Of a stretch of DNA of 64,000 bases, positions 43,819 to 56,859 are shown one piece after another. Both the position numbers and the translations under genes were made by a program. Under the pieces are notes generated by a model, which ran no database searches, was not told the DNA's origin, and saw only the letters and a list, made by a program, of their open reading frames with translations. The first letter of the stretch is position 1. The number at the start of each line of letters is the position of its first letter. The stretch is from an uncultured Gammaproteobacteria bacterium (GTDB lineage Bacteria; Pseudomonadota; Gammaproteobacteria; CAWCPV01): contig CAWCPV010000004.1 of NCBI GenBank assembly GCA_963797555.1, forward strand, positions 384,001 to 448,000, read 5' to 3'.

Positions 43819-44300
43819 TGGCGGATCTGTCGGATGCGGCCCGGTCGGAGATCGACCGCTGGCTGGCGAAGTATCCACCGGAGCAGCGCCGTTCCGCCGT
43901 GATCGCGGCGCTCACGGCGGTGCAGCGGGAGAATGGTGGGTGGCTCACCACCGACCTCATGGATGCGGTGGCCGACTATCTGCGGGTTCCGCGCGTGGCG
44001 GTCTACGAGGTGGGCAGCTTCTATTCCATGTTCGAGCTGGCGCCGGTGGGTCGGCACAAGATCTCGGTGTGCACCAACATCTGCTGCATGCTGCGCGGCT
44101 CCGACGAGATCGTCCGGCACCTCGAGGGCAGGCTCGGAATTCGGCTGGGCGAGAGCACGCCAGATGGCAGGTTCACCCTCAAGGTGGAGGAGGAATGCCT
44201 GGCTGCCTGCGGTGGCGGCCCGATGATGACGGTGGATGGACACTACCACGAGGACCTGACGCCGGAGAAGGTGTCGGCTATCCTCGACGGCCTGGACTAG
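43818..44300 (+). CDS. nuoE: NADH-quinone oxidoreductase subunit E
   Basis: [17 protein letters not shown]. Confidence 0.96.
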   Translation: MADLSDAARSEIDRWLAKYPPEQRRSAVIAALTAVQRENGGWLTTDLMDAVADYLRVPRVAVYEVGSFYSMFELAPVGRHKISVCTNICCMLRGSDEIVRHLEGRLGIRLGESTPDGRFTLKVEEECLAACGGGPMMTVDGHYHEDLTPEKVSAILDGLD

Positions 44301-44302
44301 CC

Positions 44303-45610
44303 ATGGCGAACGAGGTCTGCTTTCGGACACTGGAGCACGACCCCCCCTGGAGCCTGGAGACCTACCTCAAGGTCGGGGGCTATGAGGCATGGAAAAAGAT
44401 ACTCAGGGAGAGGACGTTGCCGGAGGTCATCATCGACGAGGTCAAGAAGTCTGCCCTGAGGGGGCGGGGCGGCGCAGGCTTTCCCACCGGAGTCAAGTGG
44501 AGCTTCATGCCTCGCAGCGCTCCGGGGCAGAAGTATCTCGTGTGCAACTCGGACGAGAGCGAGCCCGGAACCTTCAAGGATCGGGACATCCTGCGCTTCA
44601 ACCCTCACGCCGTAATCGAGGGGATGGCCATCGGCGGTTATGCGATGGGAGCCACCGTGGGCTACAACTACCTGCGTGGCGAGTTTCACCACGAGCCGTA
44701 TCAGCGCTTCGAGGCGGCACTGGAAGAGGCCCGCAGGGCCGGCCTCCTCGGCAACGATATCCAGGGCTCGGGGATCGACTTCCAGATTTACACGCACCTC
44801 GGGGCCGGGGCCTACATCTGCGGTGAGGAGACGGCCCTGCTCGAATCCCTCGAGGGCAAGAAGGGCCTGCCCCGCTATAAACCGCCCTTCCCCGCCACCC
44901 ACGGCCTGTATGGCCGGCCGACCACCATCAACAATACCGAGACGCTGGCATCGGTGCCTGCCATCCTGCGCCGCGGGGCCAAGTGGTTTCTCGAGCTGGG
45001 CAAGCCCAATAACGGCGGCTGTAAGATCTTTTGCGTGTCCGGCCACGTGAACCGGCCTGGGAACTATGAGCTGCGCCTCGGTACCCCTTTTCGGGATCTG
45101 CTGGAGGCGGCGGGAGGAGTGCGGGGCGGCCGCAAGCTCAAGGCGGTCGTGCCCGGCGGCTCCTCGATGCCCGTGCTGCCAGCAGGGACCATCATGGACT
45201 GCCCGATGGATTACGATTCACTGGCGAAGGCGGGCTCGGGACTGGGCTCGGCCGGCGTCATCGTGATGGACGAGACGACCTGCATGGTGCGCGCCCTTAT
45301 GCGCATCTCCCGCTTCTACTATGCGGAGTCGTGTGGGCAGTGCACGCCTTGCCGGGAGGGTACCGGCTGGCTGTACCGCGTGCTGCAGCGCCTAGAGCAC
45401 GGAAGGGGGCGGCCCGCCGACCTGGAGCTGCTGGTCAGGGCTGCGAGCCAGATTGAGGGGCATACCATCTGTGCTTTCGGGGATGCTGCGGCCTGGCCCG
45501 TGAAGAGCTTCATCAAGCACTTCCGCGCCGAGTTCGAAGACCACATCGAGCACAAGCGCTGCACGGCTGGAGCGCAGCACGATACGGTTCGCGCGGGAGC
45601 TGCCGCGTGA
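44303..45610 (+). CDS. nuoF: NADH-quinone oxidoreductase subunit F
   Basis: [37 protein letters not shown]. Confidence 0.97.
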   Translation: MANEVCFRTLEHDPPWSLETYLKVGGYEAWKKILRERTLPEVIIDEVKKSALRGRGGAGFPTGVKWSFMPRSAPGQKYLVCNSDESEPGTFKDRDILRFNPHAVIEGMAIGGYAMGATVGYNYLRGEFHHEPYQRFEAALEEARRAGLLGNDIQGSGIDFQIYTHLGAGAYICGEETALLESLEGKKGLPRYKPPFPATHGLYGRPTTINNTETLASVPAILRRGAKWFLELGKPNNGGCKIFCVSGHVNRPGNYELRLGTPFRDLLEAAGGVRGGRKLKAVVPGGSSMPVLPAGTIMDCPMDYDSLAKAGSGLGSAGVIVMDETTCMVRALMRISRFYYAESCGQCTPCREGTGWLYRVLQRLEHGRGRPADLELLVRAASQIEGHTICAFGDAAAWPVKSFIKHFRAEFEDHIEHKRCTAGAQHDTVRAGAAA

Positions 45611-48108
45611 ATCCCAATGCCCAGCCCCAGGACCGCCCCGCGGTCCACGTCAAGATCGACGGCATCCCGCTGACCGCCGCGAAGGGGGCGATGATTATCC
45701 AGGTAGCGGATGAGGCCGGTATCGTCATTCCCAGGTTCTGTTATCACAAAGAACTCTCCATCGCGGCCAATTGCCGCATGTGCCTGGTGGAGGTAGAGAA
45801 GGTGGCCAAGCCGCTGCCAGCGTGCGCCACGCCCGTGGCGGAAGGGATGACGGTGTTCACCAAATCCCCTAAGGCGATCGCCGCCCAGCGTGCGGTAGTG
45901 GAGTTCCTGCTCATCAACCATCCTCTGGACTGTCCCGTGTGCGACCAGGGGGGCGAGTGTCCGCTGCAGGAGCAGGCCATGGGGTTCGGACGCGGCGTGT
46001 CCCGCTTCGCCGAAGGCAAGCGCGCGGTCCGTGACAAGCACCTGGGTCCGCTGGTTGCGACCGCCATGACGCGGTGCATCCACTGCACCCGCTGCATCCG
46101 GTTCCTGGACGAGGTGGCGGGCGTTCACGAGCTCGGGGCGGTGGGCCGCGGCGAGCATATGGAGATCACCAACTATCTGGAGCACAGCCTGGCCTCCGAG
46201 CTGTCCGGCAATATCATCGATCTCTGCCCAGTGGGGGCGCTGCTGTCCAAACCGTACCTGAACACCGCGCGCCCCTGGGATCTGACGGCTGCGCCTTCGA
46301 TCGCCCCCCACGACGGCATCGGCTCCAACGTGGAGCTGCACCTGTTGCGCGGGCGGGTGATGCGGGTGTTGCCGCGCCCCCACCCCGAAATCAACAACAT
46401 CTGGCTCTCCGACCGGGATCGCTTCAGCTACCAGGGGCTCTACAGCGAGGATCGGCTGCTCGCCCCGATGTTGAAACGCGATGGACTTTGGCAGCACGTG
46501 GAATGGGAGGAGGCTCTGGAATATACGGCACGCCGCCTCACCGCGTTGCGTGAGCGCTACGGAGCAAGGCAGTTGGGGACCTTGGTGGCACCCAACTCCA
46601 CGCTAGAGGAGCTGTACCTCGCGCAAAAGCTGCTGCGAGCCTTCGGCAGCAATCACATCGACCATCGGGTGCGCCAAGGGGGGTTCAGTGATGATGACGC
46701 TCCATTGTCGCCGCCTTGGCTCGGCCAGAGTCTGCGCGGCCTGGAAGACGTGGATGCCGCCCTGCTCGTCGGCTCCAACGTGCGCAAAGATCAGCCTCTA
46801 GCGGCGTACCGCTTGCAACGGGCGTGTCTGCGGGGAGCGCGGGTGATGTGCCTCAACCCAGTGCGCTGCGATTTCCATTTCCCTGTGGCGCAGCAGATCG
46901 TCGTCCCTCCTGCCGCCATGCTGCATGCCCTCGCCGCTGTCTGCCGCGCCCTTGTCGACCTCGGCGCCGAGCGGCGGACGGATGGTCTTGAAGGCCTGCT
47001 CCAGGGGATGCAGCCGGAGGATACGCACCGGAGCATCGCGGAGGCGCTCTTCAAGGCCGAGAACGCCACGGTGCTGCTGGGGAACCTCGCGCTGGCGCAT
47101 CCCGATCTCGGTAGCTTGCGGGCCTTGGCGCTCGCGCTCGCGCAACTGAGCGACGCTCGGCTTGGTTATCTCCCCGAGTGGGCCAACGGGGTGGGGGCGT
47201 GGTTGGCGGGCGCTTTGCCGCATCGTCTTCCGGGGGGCGGTTCCGATGGGCACGCCGGCCTGAGCGCCCGCGGCATGCTGGAGGCGCGTCTCAAAGGCTA
47301 TCTGGTGTTGGGTCTGGAGCCGGAGGTCGATTGCTGGGATCAGGCCATGGCGCTCGCGGCCATGCAGCAGGCCGAGCTTGTGGTAATGCTCACGGCATAC
47401 CGTAGCGCCTCCATGGAGTCCTATGCGGAGGTCATGCTCCCCGTGGCGCCTTTCGCTGAGACCTCCGGGACGCTGGTCAACGGAGAAGGGCGCTGGCAGA
47501 GCTTTCGCGGGGCTGCAGCTCCACCGGGAGAGGCGCGTCCCGCGTGGAAGGTGCTGCGGGTGCTGGGTAATCTCCTGAAGCTTCCGGGCTTCGAGTACCG
47601 CTCGTCCGAGGAGGTGCGCGACGAGCTCCGGGCGATGTGTCCGGAGGGCTTGGCCGCCCACGACGGTGCCGGTCCCTTGCCGGCGGCGCTTTCTGTGAGC
47701 GACGGCGGCAGACTGGTGCGTATCGGGGAGGTTCCGATCTACGCCTTCGATCCTCTGGTGCGACGCGCATCGGCGTTGCAGGAGACGCCCGACGGCGCCG
47801 AGACCGGGGCCTACATGTGCGCGGAGCTGGCCGCGTCCCTGGGTGTCACCGGAAGCCCCAGCGTACGGGTGGCGCAGGGCGCAGCTCAGTGCTCGGTCCC
47901 GCTGGTCCTGGACGAGCGCGTGCCTTACGGTTGCGTGCTGATTCCGGCGGGGGTGCGGGCGACGGCTGGCTTGGGGCCCGCGTTCGGCGACGTTACGGTG
48001 GAGGGTGTGGGCACGGTCCAGCGGCCCGGACCATCGCACCCCGGAGCTCCAGCGCGTCCGGAAAAGTCGAAGGCGGGTGGCAGCCGTCGCGGCCAGAACG
48101 TCACCTAA
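45607..48108 (+). CDS. nuoG: NADH-quinone oxidoreductase subunit G
   Basis: [37 protein letters not shown]. Confidence 0.96.
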   Translation: MNPNAQPQDRPAVHVKIDGIPLTAAKGAMIIQVADEAGIVIPRFCYHKELSIAANCRMCLVEVEKVAKPLPACATPVAEGMTVFTKSPKAIAAQRAVVEFLLINHPLDCPVCDQGGECPLQEQAMGFGRGVSRFAEGKRAVRDKHLGPLVATAMTRCIHCTRCIRFLDEVAGVHELGAVGRGEHMEITNYLEHSLASELSGNIIDLCPVGALLSKPYLNTARPWDLTAAPSIAPHDGIGSNVELHLLRGRVMRVLPRPHPEINNIWLSDRDRFSYQGLYSEDRLLAPMLKRDGLWQHVEWEEALEYTARRLTALRERYGARQLGTLVAPNSTLEELYLAQKLLRAFGSNHIDHRVRQGGFSDDDAPLSPPWLGQSLRGLEDVDAALLVGSNVRKDQPLAAYRLQRACLRGARVMCLNPVRCDFHFPVAQQIVVPPAAMLHALAAVCRALVDLGAERRTDGLEGLLQGMQPEDTHRSIAEALFKAENATVLLGNLALAHPDLGSLRALALALAQLSDARLGYLPEWANGVGAWLAGALPHRLPGGGSDGHAGLSARGMLEARLKGYLVLGLEPEVDCWDQAMALAAMQQAELVVMLTAYRSASMESYAEVMLPVAPFAETSGTLVNGEGRWQSFRGAAAPPGEARPAWKVLRVLGNLLKLPGFEYRSSEEVRDELRAMCPEGLAAHDGAGPLPAALSVSDGGRLVRIGEVPIYAFDPLVRRASALQETPDGAETGAYMCAELAASLGVTGSPSVRVAQGAAQCSVPLVLDERVPYGCVLIPAGVRATAGLGPAFGDVTVEGVGTVQRPGPSHPGAPARPEKSKAGGSRRGQNVT

Positions 48109-48193
48109 GCGTGCTTCCCGGAGCCAGCCTGGAAAGGGCAAGGGCGGCTCCGGCGGATCACCGGACAATGCCGCCTGACGGCATGGGCGGGTC

Positions 48194-49207
48194 GTGTACG
48201 ATCTCATCATCCTGCTGCTGAAGATCGCCGCCATTCTGGTGCCGCTGATGCTGGCGGTGACCTACCTGACGTTCGCGGAGCGCAAGATTATCGGTTATAT
48301 ACAGGTGCGGATCGGCCCCAACCGAGTGGGACCGGGCGGCTGGCTACAGCCTATCGCCGACGCCCTGAAGCTTCTGATGAAGGAGGTCATCGTCCCGACC
48401 AACGCCAACCGTTTCCTGTTCCTCGGTGCGCCGGTCCTGGCGATCGCCCCCGCGCTTGCTGCGTGGGCCGTGGTTCCCTTCACCGACCATCTGGTACTGG
48501 CGGACATCAACGCCGGCCTGCTGTACGTGCTGGCGCTGACCTCCACGGGGGTGTACGGCATCATCATCGCCGGCTGGGCCTCCAACTCCAAGTATGCTTT
48601 CCTGGGAGCGATGCGGTCCGCAGCGCAGATCGTCGCCTACGAGATCGCCATGGGTTTCGCACTGGTGGGCGTCGTCATGGCGGCCGGAAGCCTGAACCTC
48701 AGGGCCATCGTTGCGGCCCAGGAGGGCACGCTCCTCAGTTGGTTCTGGCTGCCGCTGTTTCCGCTTTTCATCATTTATTTCGTGGCCGGCGTGGCGGAGA
48801 CCAACCGCTCGCCTTTCGACGTGGCCGAGGGCGAGTCGGAGATCGTGGCTGGGTTTCACGTGGAGTACTCGGGGATGACCTTTGCGGTCTTCTTCCTGGC
48901 GGAGTACGCCAACATGATTCTGGTGTCGGCCCTGGCGAGCCTGCTGTTCCTGGGTGGCTGGCTTTCGCCATTCTCGGGCATACCGATCCTGGAAGGGCTG
49001 TTCGGCTGGGTTCCCGGGTTAGTATGGCTGGGTCTAAAGACTGGCGTCTTTCTCTTCTTCTACCTTTGGTTTCGCGCCACTTTCCCGCGCTATCGCTACG
49101 ACCAGATCATGCGGCTCGGATGGAAGGTGTTCATCCCCATCACTCTGGTGTGGCTCGTGGTCATAGGTCTCGGCGTGCTGTCACGCGTGCCGCCGTGGTT
49201 TGACTAG
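48194..49207 (+). CDS. nuoH: NADH-quinone oxidoreductase subunit H
   Basis: [33 protein letters not shown]. Confidence 0.96.
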   Translation: MYDLIILLLKIAAILVPLMLAVTYLTFAERKIIGYIQVRIGPNRVGPGGWLQPIADALKLLMKEVIVPTNANRFLFLGAPVLAIAPALAAWAVVPFTDHLVLADINAGLLYVLALTSTGVYGIIIAGWASNSKYAFLGAMRSAAQIVAYEIAMGFALVGVVMAAGSLNLRAIVAAQEGTLLSWFWLPLFPLFIIYFVAGVAETNRSPFDVAEGESEIVAGFHVEYSGMTFAVFFLAEYANMILVSALASLLFLGGWLSPFSGIPILEGLFGWVPGLVWLGLKTGVFLFFYLWFRATFPRYRYDQIMRLGWKVFIPITLVWLVVIGLGVLSRVPPWFD

Positions 49208-49218
49208 GACGACCCCCG

Positions 49219-49707
49219 ATGCGCCGCCTCCGCGATTATGTGAGAAGCCTGTTCCTCTGGGAGCTGCTGTTGGGGCTCAAGCTCACCGGCCGGCACCTCT
49301 TCGCCCCCAAGGTTACCGTTCAATACCCCGAGGAGAAGACGCCGCTCTCGCCGCGTTTCCGGGGTCTGCACGCCCTTCGCCGCTATCCCAACGGCGAGGA
49401 GCGCTGTATCGCCTGCAAGCTGTGCGAGGCGGTCTGTCCCGCGCTCGCCATCACGATCGAGTCGGAGCAGCGCGCGGACGGGACCCGGCGTACGACCCGC
49501 TACGAGATCGACCTCTTCAAGTGCATCTATTGCGGCTTCTGCGAAGAGTCCTGTCCCGTGGACTCCATCGTCGAGACGCGACATTTCGAGTTCCACTTCG
49601 AGAAGCGGGGCGGGCATGTCATCACCAAGGCGGAGCTGCTCGCCAACGGCGACCGCTACGAGGCCCAGCTCGCGGCGGACCGGGCGGCAGACGCGCGGTA
49701 CCGCTAA
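49219..49707 (+). CDS. nuoI: NADH-quinone oxidoreductase subunit I
   Basis: [24 protein letters not shown]. Confidence 0.97.
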   Translation: MRRLRDYVRSLFLWELLLGLKLTGRHLFAPKVTVQYPEEKTPLSPRFRGLHALRRYPNGEERCIACKLCEAVCPALAITIESEQRADGTRRTTRYEIDLFKCIYCGFCEESCPVDSIVETRHFEFHFEKRGGHVITKAELLANGDRYEAQLAADRAADARYR

Positions 49708-49739
49708 CGGCCAAGAAGGAGGGCGGTGGGAGCCGGTTC

Positions 49740-50339
49740 ATGGCGATCGAGGCATTCATTTTCTACGTGTTCGCAGGCATCCTGGTGCTGGCCGGGGGTA
49801 TGGTGGTCACGGTGCGCAACCCCGTGTACGCCGCACTGTTTCTGGTGCTCGCGTTCTTCACCAGCGCGGCACTCTGGCTGCTTTTGGAGGCGGAGTTCCT
49901 CGCCATCACGCTGGTCCTGGTCTACGTCGGTGCCGTCATGGTGCTGTTCCTGTTCGTGATCATGATGCTGGACATCAACTTGGCGCGCTTCCGCGAGCGC
50001 TTTGCCGCCTATCTTCCGGTGAGCGTCACGGTGGCAGCTCTGATGGCACTGGAGCTGATCCTGATGTTCGGCGCGGGCCGCTTCGGGGCCGCGCGCAGTC
50101 CGTCCCCCAAGCCAGCGGACTACAGCAACACTGCGGCCCTCGGCTCCCTGCTGTATACGAAGTACGTCTATCCCTTCGAGATCGCTGCGGTCATTCTGTT
50201 GGTTGCCATCGTCGCGGCCATCGCGCTCACGATGCGCCGCCACCGCCAGAGCAGGTACATGAGTCCGGCCTCCCAGGTGGCGGTGCGCAGGGCAGAGCGG
50301 GTGCGTCTGGTCAAGATGGCGCCGCACAAGAAGTCGTAG
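49740..50339 (+). CDS. nuoJ: NADH-quinone oxidoreductase subunit J
   Basis: [29 protein letters not shown]. Confidence 0.95.
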   Translation: MAIEAFIFYVFAGILVLAGGMVVTVRNPVYAALFLVLAFFTSAALWLLLEAEFLAITLVLVYVGAVMVLFLFVIMMLDINLARFRERFAAYLPVSVTVAALMALELILMFGAGRFGAARSPSPKPADYSNTAALGSLLYTKYVYPFEIAAVILLVAIVAAIALTMRRHRQSRYMSPASQVAVRRAERVRLVKMAPHKKS

Positions 50340-50379
50340 CACTGCACGGCGTCGAGTTGTAAGGGGGCGGGAAAGCAGC

Positions 50380-50685
50380 GTGATCGCACTCTCGGATTAT
50401 CTGATCGTCGGGGCCATCCTGTTCTCGTTGAGCGTCGCGGGCATCTTCCTGAACCGCAAGAATCTGATCATCCTGCTGATGTGCATCGAGCTGATGCTGC
50501 TTGCGGTGAACCTCAACTTCATTGCCTTCTCCCACTTCCGGCAGGACATGGCCGGGCAAGTCTTCGTATTCTTCGTGCTGACCGTGGCGGCGGCCGAGTC
50601 CGCCATCGGCCTCGCCATCCTGGTCGTCTTGTTCAGGAACCGAGATACCATTCACGTGGACGACCTCGACAGTCTCAAGGGCTGA
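50380..50685 (+). CDS. nuoK: NADH-quinone oxidoreductase subunit K
   Basis: [22 protein letters not shown]. Confidence 0.96.
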   Translation: MIALSDYLIVGAILFSLSVAGIFLNRKNLIILLMCIELMLLAVNLNFIAFSHFRQDMAGQVFVFFVLTVAAAESAIGLAILVVLFRNRDTIHVDDLDSLKG

Positions 50686-50699
50686 CCGCTGCCCCACCC

Positions 50700-52652
50700 A
50701 TGAAGGCTACGTATCTTGCCATCGTGCTCGCGCCGCTCGTCGGCAGCGTGATCGCCGGAGTGTTCGCCCGTTTCGTGGGCCGGTCGGGCGCCCACTGGGC
50801 CACCATCCTGGGAGTGGCCGTATCGTTTGCGCTGTCGTGGCTCACCTTCAAACATATCGTCCTGGACGGGGCCGAGCCCTTCAACGGTCCGGTCTATGTC
50901 TGGATGACCAGCGGCGGCGTGAGCTTCCAGATAGGGTTCCTGGTGGATCAGCTGACCGCGACCATGATCTTGGTGGTGAGCTTCGTGTCGCTCATGGTGC
51001 ACATCTACTCGGTGGGATACATGGCGGAAGACCCCGGTTACCAGCGCTTCTTCAGCTACATCGCGCTGTTCACCTTCTCCATGCTGACCCTGGTGATGAG
51101 CAACAACTTCCTCCAGCTGTTCTTCGGCTGGGAGGCAGTCGGGCTCCTGTCCTACCTTCTGATCGGCTTCTGGTACCAGAAGGAGTCCGCGGCTTATGCC
51201 AGCCTCAAGGCGTTCCTGGCCAACCGCGTCGGGGACCTGGGTTTCCTGCTGGGCATCGCGGCGGTGCTGGCGTATTTCCACAGTCTCGACTACGCGGTGG
51301 TGTTCGACCAGGCACCGTCTGTGGCCGGGCGAGCCGTGGAGATCCTGCCCGGTGTGCCCTGGTCGGTGATGTCGCTGATCTGTCTGCTGCTCTTCGTGGG
51401 CGCCATGGGAAAGTCGGCCCAGGTTCCGCTGCATGTGTGGCTGCCAGACTCCATGGAGGGCCCGACGCCCATCTCGGCGCTCATTCATGCGGCGACCATG
51501 GTGACGGCGGGCATATTCATGGTCGCGCGCATGTCCCCCCTCTTCGAGCTTTCGGAGACGGCGCTCAGCGTGGTGCTCGTGATCGGGGCGATCACGGCCT
51601 TCTTCATGGGGCTGTTGGCGATCGTCCAGAACGACATCAAGCGCGTCGTGGCGTACTCGACGCTGTCTCAGCTGGGTTACATGACAGTCGCCTTGGGTGC
51701 GTCCGCGTACGCAGCCGGGATCTTTCACCTCGTGACCCACGCCTTCTTCAAGGCCTTGCTGTTTCTCGCGGCCGGCTCGGTCATCATCGCCGTGCACCAT
51801 GAGCAGGACATCCGCAAGATGGGGGGGTTGAAGCGTTTCCTGCCGGTGACCCACTGGACCTTCCTCGCCGGCGGCTTGGCCCTGTGCGGGATTCCCCCGT
51901 TCGCGGGGTTTTTCTCCAAGGATGCCATCATCGAGGCGGTGCGCGCGGCGCACGTGCCGGGAGCGGGATTCGCCTACGCTCTCGTGTTGAGCAGCGTGTT
52001 TGTGACAGCCCTGTACACATTCCGGCTCTATTTCCTGGTGTTCCACGGGAACTCCCAGGGCGATCCCCGCGGCCACCACGCCCCCCAAGAGCCGCGGTGG
52101 GTGGTGACCTTGCCGCTGGTGCTGCTCGCGGTCCCGTCGGTATTGGCCGGGGCGGTGCTGGTCGGTCCGATGCTGTTCGGCGACTGGTTCGGCGAGGCGA
52201 TCCGCATCCTGCCCGCTCACGCCGCCCTCGGACCCTTCGCGGAGCACTACCCTGGACTGCGGAGCTATATTTGGCAAGGCATGGGCGCATGGCCGTTCTG
52301 GCTGGCGCTGCTGGGTATCTGGAGCGCCTGGTACCTCTATTTGCGCCATCCTCACTTGCCGGCGGCGTTGAAGGCGCGTGCCGGCTGGCTGTATACGCTG
52401 CTCGACCGGAAGTACGGCTTCGACGACTTCAACGACCTGTTCCTCGCCGGTGGCGCGCGCGCGGCCGGGCGAGCGCTATGGCAGGGGGGCGACGTGACGC
52501 TGATCGACGGCCTGCTGGTCAACGGCACCGCCCGCTCCATCGGCTGGCTCGCCGGCGTGCTCAGGGCCATTCAATCGGGCTATCTCTACCACTACGCATT
52601 CTCCATGATCATCGGACTGTTGGCGCTGCTGAGCTGGTTCGTCTACGGTTGA
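50700..52652 (+). CDS. nuoL: NADH-quinone oxidoreductase subunit L
   Basis: GKSAQVPLHVWLPDSMEGPTPISALIHAATMV. Confidence 0.97.
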   Translation: MKATYLAIVLAPLVGSVIAGVFARFVGRSGAHWATILGVAVSFALSWLTFKHIVLDGAEPFNGPVYVWMTSGGVSFQIGFLVDQLTATMILVVSFVSLMVHIYSVGYMAEDPGYQRFFSYIALFTFSMLTLVMSNNFLQLFFGWEAVGLLSYLLIGFWYQKESAAYASLKAFLANRVGDLGFLLGIAAVLAYFHSLDYAVVFDQAPSVAGRAVEILPGVPWSVMSLICLLLFVGAMGKSAQVPLHVWLPDSMEGPTPISALIHAATMVTAGIFMVARMSPLFELSETALSVVLVIGAITAFFMGLLAIVQNDIKRVVAYSTLSQLGYMTVALGASAYAAGIFHLVTHAFFKALLFLAAGSVIIAVHHEQDIRKMGGLKRFLPVTHWTFLAGGLALCGIPPFAGFFSKDAIIEAVRAAHVPGAGFAYALVLSSVFVTALYTFRLYFLVFHGNSQGDPRGHHAPQEPRWVVTLPLVLLAVPSVLAGAVLVGPMLFGDWFGEAIRILPAHAALGPFAEHYPGLRSYIWQGMGAWPFWLALLGIWSAWYLYLRHPHLPAALKARAGWLYTLLDRKYGFDDFNDLFLAGGARAAGRALWQGGDVTLIDGLLVNGTARSIGWLAGVLRAIQSGYLYHYAFSMIIGLLALLSWFVYG

Positions 52653-52674
52653 TCGCGCGCGAAAGCTGATCCGC

Positions 52675-54198
52675 ATGATGAATGGTTTCCCTCTATTGAG
52701 CGTGGTCATCTGGCTGCCCATCGTGGGTGGTGTCGCGCTGCTCGCCTACGCGAAGAACACTTCGTTGCTGCGCTGGATGGCCCTTGGCTTCAGCGTCGTG
52801 ACATTCGTCCTGAGCGTTCCGCTGTACCGCGGATTCGACACGGCTACGGCCGATATGCAGTTTCAGGAGTGGTTTTCCTGGATACCGAGCTTCAACGTCC
52901 ACTACCACCTTGGGGTGGACGGCTTCTCCATGCCGCTGATCCTCCTCACCACCTTCACCACCGCTCTGGTAGTCGCAGCCGCCTGGGAGGTGATCCAATA
53001 CCGGGTGGCGCAGTATCTGGGGGCCTTGTTGATCATGGAAGGGCTGATGAACGGCGTGTTCGCCGCCCTCGACGCCGTCCTGTTCTATGTGTTCTGGGAG
53101 GCGATGCTGATCCCCATGTTCCTTATCATCGGGATCTGGGGCGGGCCGCGGCGCGTCTACGCCACCATCAAGTTCTTCCTGTACACCTTCTTGGGGTCGG
53201 TGTTCATGTTGGTGGCCCTGCTCTATCTATATTTTCAGTCGGGTAGCTTCGCCATCCTGGACTTCCATCAACTGCACCTCGGTCTCACGGCCCAGACCCT
53301 CATTTTCTTCGCATTCCTGCTCGCCTTCGCCGTCAAGGTGCCCATGTGGCCGGTGCACACTTGGCTGCCCGATGCCCACGTAGAGGCCCCCACCGGCGGG
53401 TCCGTGATCCTCGCGGCCATCATGCTGAAGGTCGGCGCATACGGCTTCTTGCGCTTCAGTCTGCCCATCACGCCGGATGCCAGCCACGCGCTGGACTGGT
53501 TGATAATCGCCCTATCGCTCATTGCGGTCGTCTACATCGCGCTGGTCGCCCTGGTGCAGCAGGACCTGAAGAAGCTCATCGCCTATTCCTCCATCTCCCA
53601 CATGGGCTTCGTGACCCTCGGACTGTTCATGGCCTGCGGGCTCCTGCACCGCGGCGGGAATGCTCAGTCGGCAGCGATGATGGGCGTGGAGGGGGCGGTC
53701 GTCCAGATGATTTCCCACGGCTTCATCTCGGGGGCTCTGTTCCTTTGCGTGGGGGTGCTTTACGACCGCATGCACACCCGGTTGATCTACGACTATGGCG
53801 GAGTGGCCGACGTGATGCCCGCCTTCGCGACCTTGATGGTTCTGTTTGCGATGGCCAATGCCGCCCTGCCGGGAACCTCTGGATTCGTGGGTGAATTCCT
53901 GGTCATCCTGAGCGCCTTCCAGGCTAACGTCTGGTACGCGCTCCTGGCCGGCACCACCTTGGTTCTGGGTGCCGCCTATACGCTGTGGATGGTGAAACGG
54001 GTCGTTTTCGGCAAGGTCACCAGCAAGGCCGTGGCGGCGCTGAGGGATATCGGTCTTAGAGAGTTCGGAATCCTGGGCGCGCTGGCGGTCGCGGTGCTGG
54101 TGCTGGGCGTGTGGCCCGCGCCCATGCTCGACGTGATGCACGCCTCGGTGGCGCATCTGCTGTCCCAAATCGCCCAGTCGAAGCTGGGGGGAATCTAG
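52675..54198 (+). CDS. nuoM: NADH-quinone oxidoreductase subunit M
   Basis: [32 protein letters not shown]. Confidence 0.97.
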   Translation: MMNGFPLLSVVIWLPIVGGVALLAYAKNTSLLRWMALGFSVVTFVLSVPLYRGFDTATADMQFQEWFSWIPSFNVHYHLGVDGFSMPLILLTTFTTALVVAAAWEVIQYRVAQYLGALLIMEGLMNGVFAALDAVLFYVFWEAMLIPMFLIIGIWGGPRRVYATIKFFLYTFLGSVFMLVALLYLYFQSGSFAILDFHQLHLGLTAQTLIFFAFLLAFAVKVPMWPVHTWLPDAHVEAPTGGSVILAAIMLKVGAYGFLRFSLPITPDASHALDWLIIALSLIAVVYIALVALVQQDLKKLIAYSSISHMGFVTLGLFMACGLLHRGGNAQSAAMMGVEGAVVQMISHGFISGALFLCVGVLYDRMHTRLIYDYGGVADVMPAFATLMVLFAMANAALPGTSGFVGEFLVILSAFQANVWYALLAGTTLVLGAAYTLWMVKRVVFGKVTSKAVAALRDIGLREFGILGALAVAVLVLGVWPAPMLDVMHASVAHLLSQIAQSKLGGI

Positions 54199-54203
54199 CC
54201 CGT

Positions 54204-55643
54204 ATGGCGCTCGCGCTCTCCGATTTGCTGCCGGTTTTGCCTGAAGTCGTCATCGCCTCCGCGGCCTGCGGCATCCTGCTGGTGGAGGCATTCTTGGGTG
54301 AGCGCCACCGCTATCTGAGCTTCGAGCTGTCGCAGGTTGCGCTCATCGCCGCGGCAGCGGTGACGCTGCTGATGCACAGCGACACGCCCAGCGTGGTGCT
54401 GAGTGGTACCTTCGTCAGCGACCGCATGAGCGACGTTCTTAAGGTGTTCATCTACCTCATCACCTTCATGGCCTTTCTTTACGCCCGTGACTATCTGCGG
54501 GCGCGCGACGCCCTGCGCGGCGAGTACTTCGTGCTGGGCCTGTTCGCGGTGCTGGGGATGATGGTGATGGTGTCCGCCCACAGCTTCCTGACCATCTATC
54601 TGGGCCTCGAGCTGCTCTCGCTGTCGCTGTATGCGATGGTCGCGCTGCAGCGCGATTCGAGCACCGCGGTGGAGGCGGCCATGAAGTACTTCGTGCTCGG
54701 CGCGCTTGCTTCGGGCATGCTGCTCTATGGCATGTCTATGCTGTACGGGGCGACCGGAAGTCTGGATCTGAGCGAGGTCAGCGCGGCGATCACGCGCATG
54801 TCGCCCGACGACGTGGTGCTTGTCTTCGGACTGGTGTTTGTCGTCGTCGGGGTTGCGTTCAAGCTGGGCGCCGTGCCCTTCCACATGTGGATCCCGGACG
54901 TGTACCACGGCGCCGCGACCCCGGTGACGCTGTTCGTGGGGACAGTGCCCAAGCTGGCCGCGTTTGCCATCGCCATCCGCCTGCTGGTGGACGGTCTGGA
55001 GGGCCTGCACGGGCACTGGCAGGCGATGTTCACGGCACTCGCCGTCCTGTCCATGGCCCTCGGCAATGTACTCGCCATTGCGCAAAGCAACATCAAGCGC
55101 ATGCTCGCCTATTCGACTATCTCGCACATAGGGTTCCTGCTGCTCGGCCTGATCGCCGCCTCACGCCCCGGCTACGCGGCCGCGATGTTCTACGCGATCG
55201 TTTATGCGCTCATGGCCTCAGGCGCCTTCGGCATGGTCATCGTGCTGAGCCGCGCGGGCTTCGAGGCCGACCGGCTGGAGGATCTGCGTGGCCTCAACGA
55301 GCGTAACCCCTGGTTTGCCTTCGTGATGCTGATCCTGATGTTCTCCATGGCCGGTGTGCCCCCGACGCTGGGATTCTTCGCGAAGCTCTACGTGCTGCAG
55401 GAAATCATCAACGTGAACCTGGTGTGGCTGGCGGTGGTCGGCGTGGTGTTCTCCGTCATCGGCGCCTTCTATTACCTGCGCGTGGTCAAGCTCATGTATT
55501 TCGACAAACCGCTCGACACGACGCCCGTGCGTCCGGCCCTCGATCTGCACATCGCGATCAGCCTCAACGGGCTGGCCATGCTCATCCTGGGGATCTACCC
55601 GGGGTTCCTGATGGCGTTGTGCGCGTCCGCTCTCGCCCAGTGA
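54204..55643 (+). CDS. nuoN: NADH-quinone oxidoreductase subunit N
   Basis: [32 protein letters not shown]. Confidence 0.97.
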   Translation: MALALSDLLPVLPEVVIASAACGILLVEAFLGERHRYLSFELSQVALIAAAAVTLLMHSDTPSVVLSGTFVSDRMSDVLKVFIYLITFMAFLYARDYLRARDALRGEYFVLGLFAVLGMMVMVSAHSFLTIYLGLELLSLSLYAMVALQRDSSTAVEAAMKYFVLGALASGMLLYGMSMLYGATGSLDLSEVSAAITRMSPDDVVLVFGLVFVVVGVAFKLGAVPFHMWIPDVYHGAATPVTLFVGTVPKLAAFAIAIRLLVDGLEGLHGHWQAMFTALAVLSMALGNVLAIAQSNIKRMLAYSTISHIGFLLLGLIAASRPGYAAAMFYAIVYALMASGAFGMVIVLSRAGFEADRLEDLRGLNERNPWFAFVMLILMFSMAGVPPTLGFFAKLYVLQEIINVNLVWLAVVGVVFSVIGAFYYLRVVKLMYFDKPLDTTPVRPALDLHIAISLNGLAMLILGIYPGFLMALCASALAQ

Positions 55644-55770
55644 GGACGGCCTTGGCCCGGATAGATGCGCGCCGCGTTGCGAGTGTCCAGAGGCGGGCGG
55701 CTTCGGCTGCGCCGTGCGCGACGTGGGCTCCGGCCGGACTCGCGGCGCTCCGGCGATCGAGTCGCCTGAC

Positions 55771-56859
55771 TCACGGCACCCTCTCCTTGAGCGCCACGCT
55801 CTTCACTTGGGCGTAGACCGGCAGGCCCGGCTTGAGGGCCAGCTCGGAGCAGGAGCGGCGCGTGACACGTGCAAGCAAGACGGTGCCGGCAAGGTGGAGC
55901 CGCACGGTCACCATGCCCCCGCTCTCCGGCGAGATGCCGCTGATCCGAGCTTGGAACACGTTGAGGATGCTGGTGCGTCCGGGGCGATCCAGCGATAGGC
56001 TGACGTCCCGCGCGTGGACGTAAACGCGCAACCGATGGTCCGAGGATGCGGGGAGCAGACCCGGGACGGTCAGACGCCCCCCCGAAAAACGCAGGTAGGT
56101 GAGGTGGTCGGTCTCATCGCGGCCCTCCACCACGGCCTCGATAAGGGCGCCGCCCTGGTCGAGCTTGGCGAGGGGCAGGTCGAGGCGTGACAGGATCTCT
56201 GCCAGCGGTCCCACAGCCTGCACCACACCGCCCTCCAGCAGTACGATTCTGTCGGCCAGCCGTACCACCTCTTCCAGCGAGTGGCTGACGTACATGACTG
56301 GTATTGCCAGGGCGTCGTGCAGCGTCTGGAGATAGGGCAGGATGTCCGCCTTGCTCCCAGCGTCCAGCGCCGCCAGTGGCTCGTCCAGCAGCAGCAAGCG
56401 CGGGCTGCTCACCAATGCCCTCGCGATAGCGACCCGTTGGCGTTCTCCGCCGGAGAGCTGGCGGGGATAGCGGTGTAGCAACCGGGCGATCCCCAGCCAA
56501 TGTGCGACCTCATCGAGGGTCGGGCGGCGCCCTGAACTGGAGGCCCGCCGCCAAGCATAGCGCAGGTTGCCGACGACCGAGAGATGGGGGAACAACGTCG
56601 GCTCCTGAAAGACGTACCCGATGCCTCGCCGGTGCGTGGGGAGGAAGCGCCCGCGCTGCTCGTCTTGCCAGCACTCTCCGCCCACTTCCAGATACCCACG
56701 CTGTGCATGCTCCAGACCGGCCAGGCATCGCAGCAACGTGGTCTTGCCCGCGCCGGAATCCCCGAATACCGCGGTGATACCCTGGGGCGGTGCCGCGATC
56801 TCGGCCTGCAGCCGGAACGTGCCGCGCTGCAGATCAAAGTGCCCGCGCAGCCCACTCAC
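55771..56859 (-). CDS. modC: molybdate ABC transporter ATPase
   Basis: GDSGAGKT, LSGGERQR, C-terminal TOBE domain ending YAQVKSVAL. Confidence 0.95.
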   Translation of the reverse strand: MSGLRGHFDLQRGTFRLQAEIAAPPQGITAVFGDSGAGKTTLLRCLAGLEHAQRGYLEVGGECWQDEQRGRFLPTHRRGIGYVFQEPTLFPHLSVVGNLRYAWRRASSSGRRPTLDEVAHWLGIARLLHRYPRQLSGGERQRVAIARALVSSPRLLLLDEPLAALDAGSKADILPYLQTLHDALAIPVMYVSHSLEEVVRLADRIVLLEGGVVQAVGPLAEILSRLDLPLAKLDQGGALIEAVVEGRDETDHLTYLRFSGGRLTVPGLLPASSDHRLRVYVHARDVSLSLDRPGRTSILNVFQARISGISPESGGMVTVRLHLAGTVLLARVTRRSCSELALKPGLPVYAQVKSVALKERVP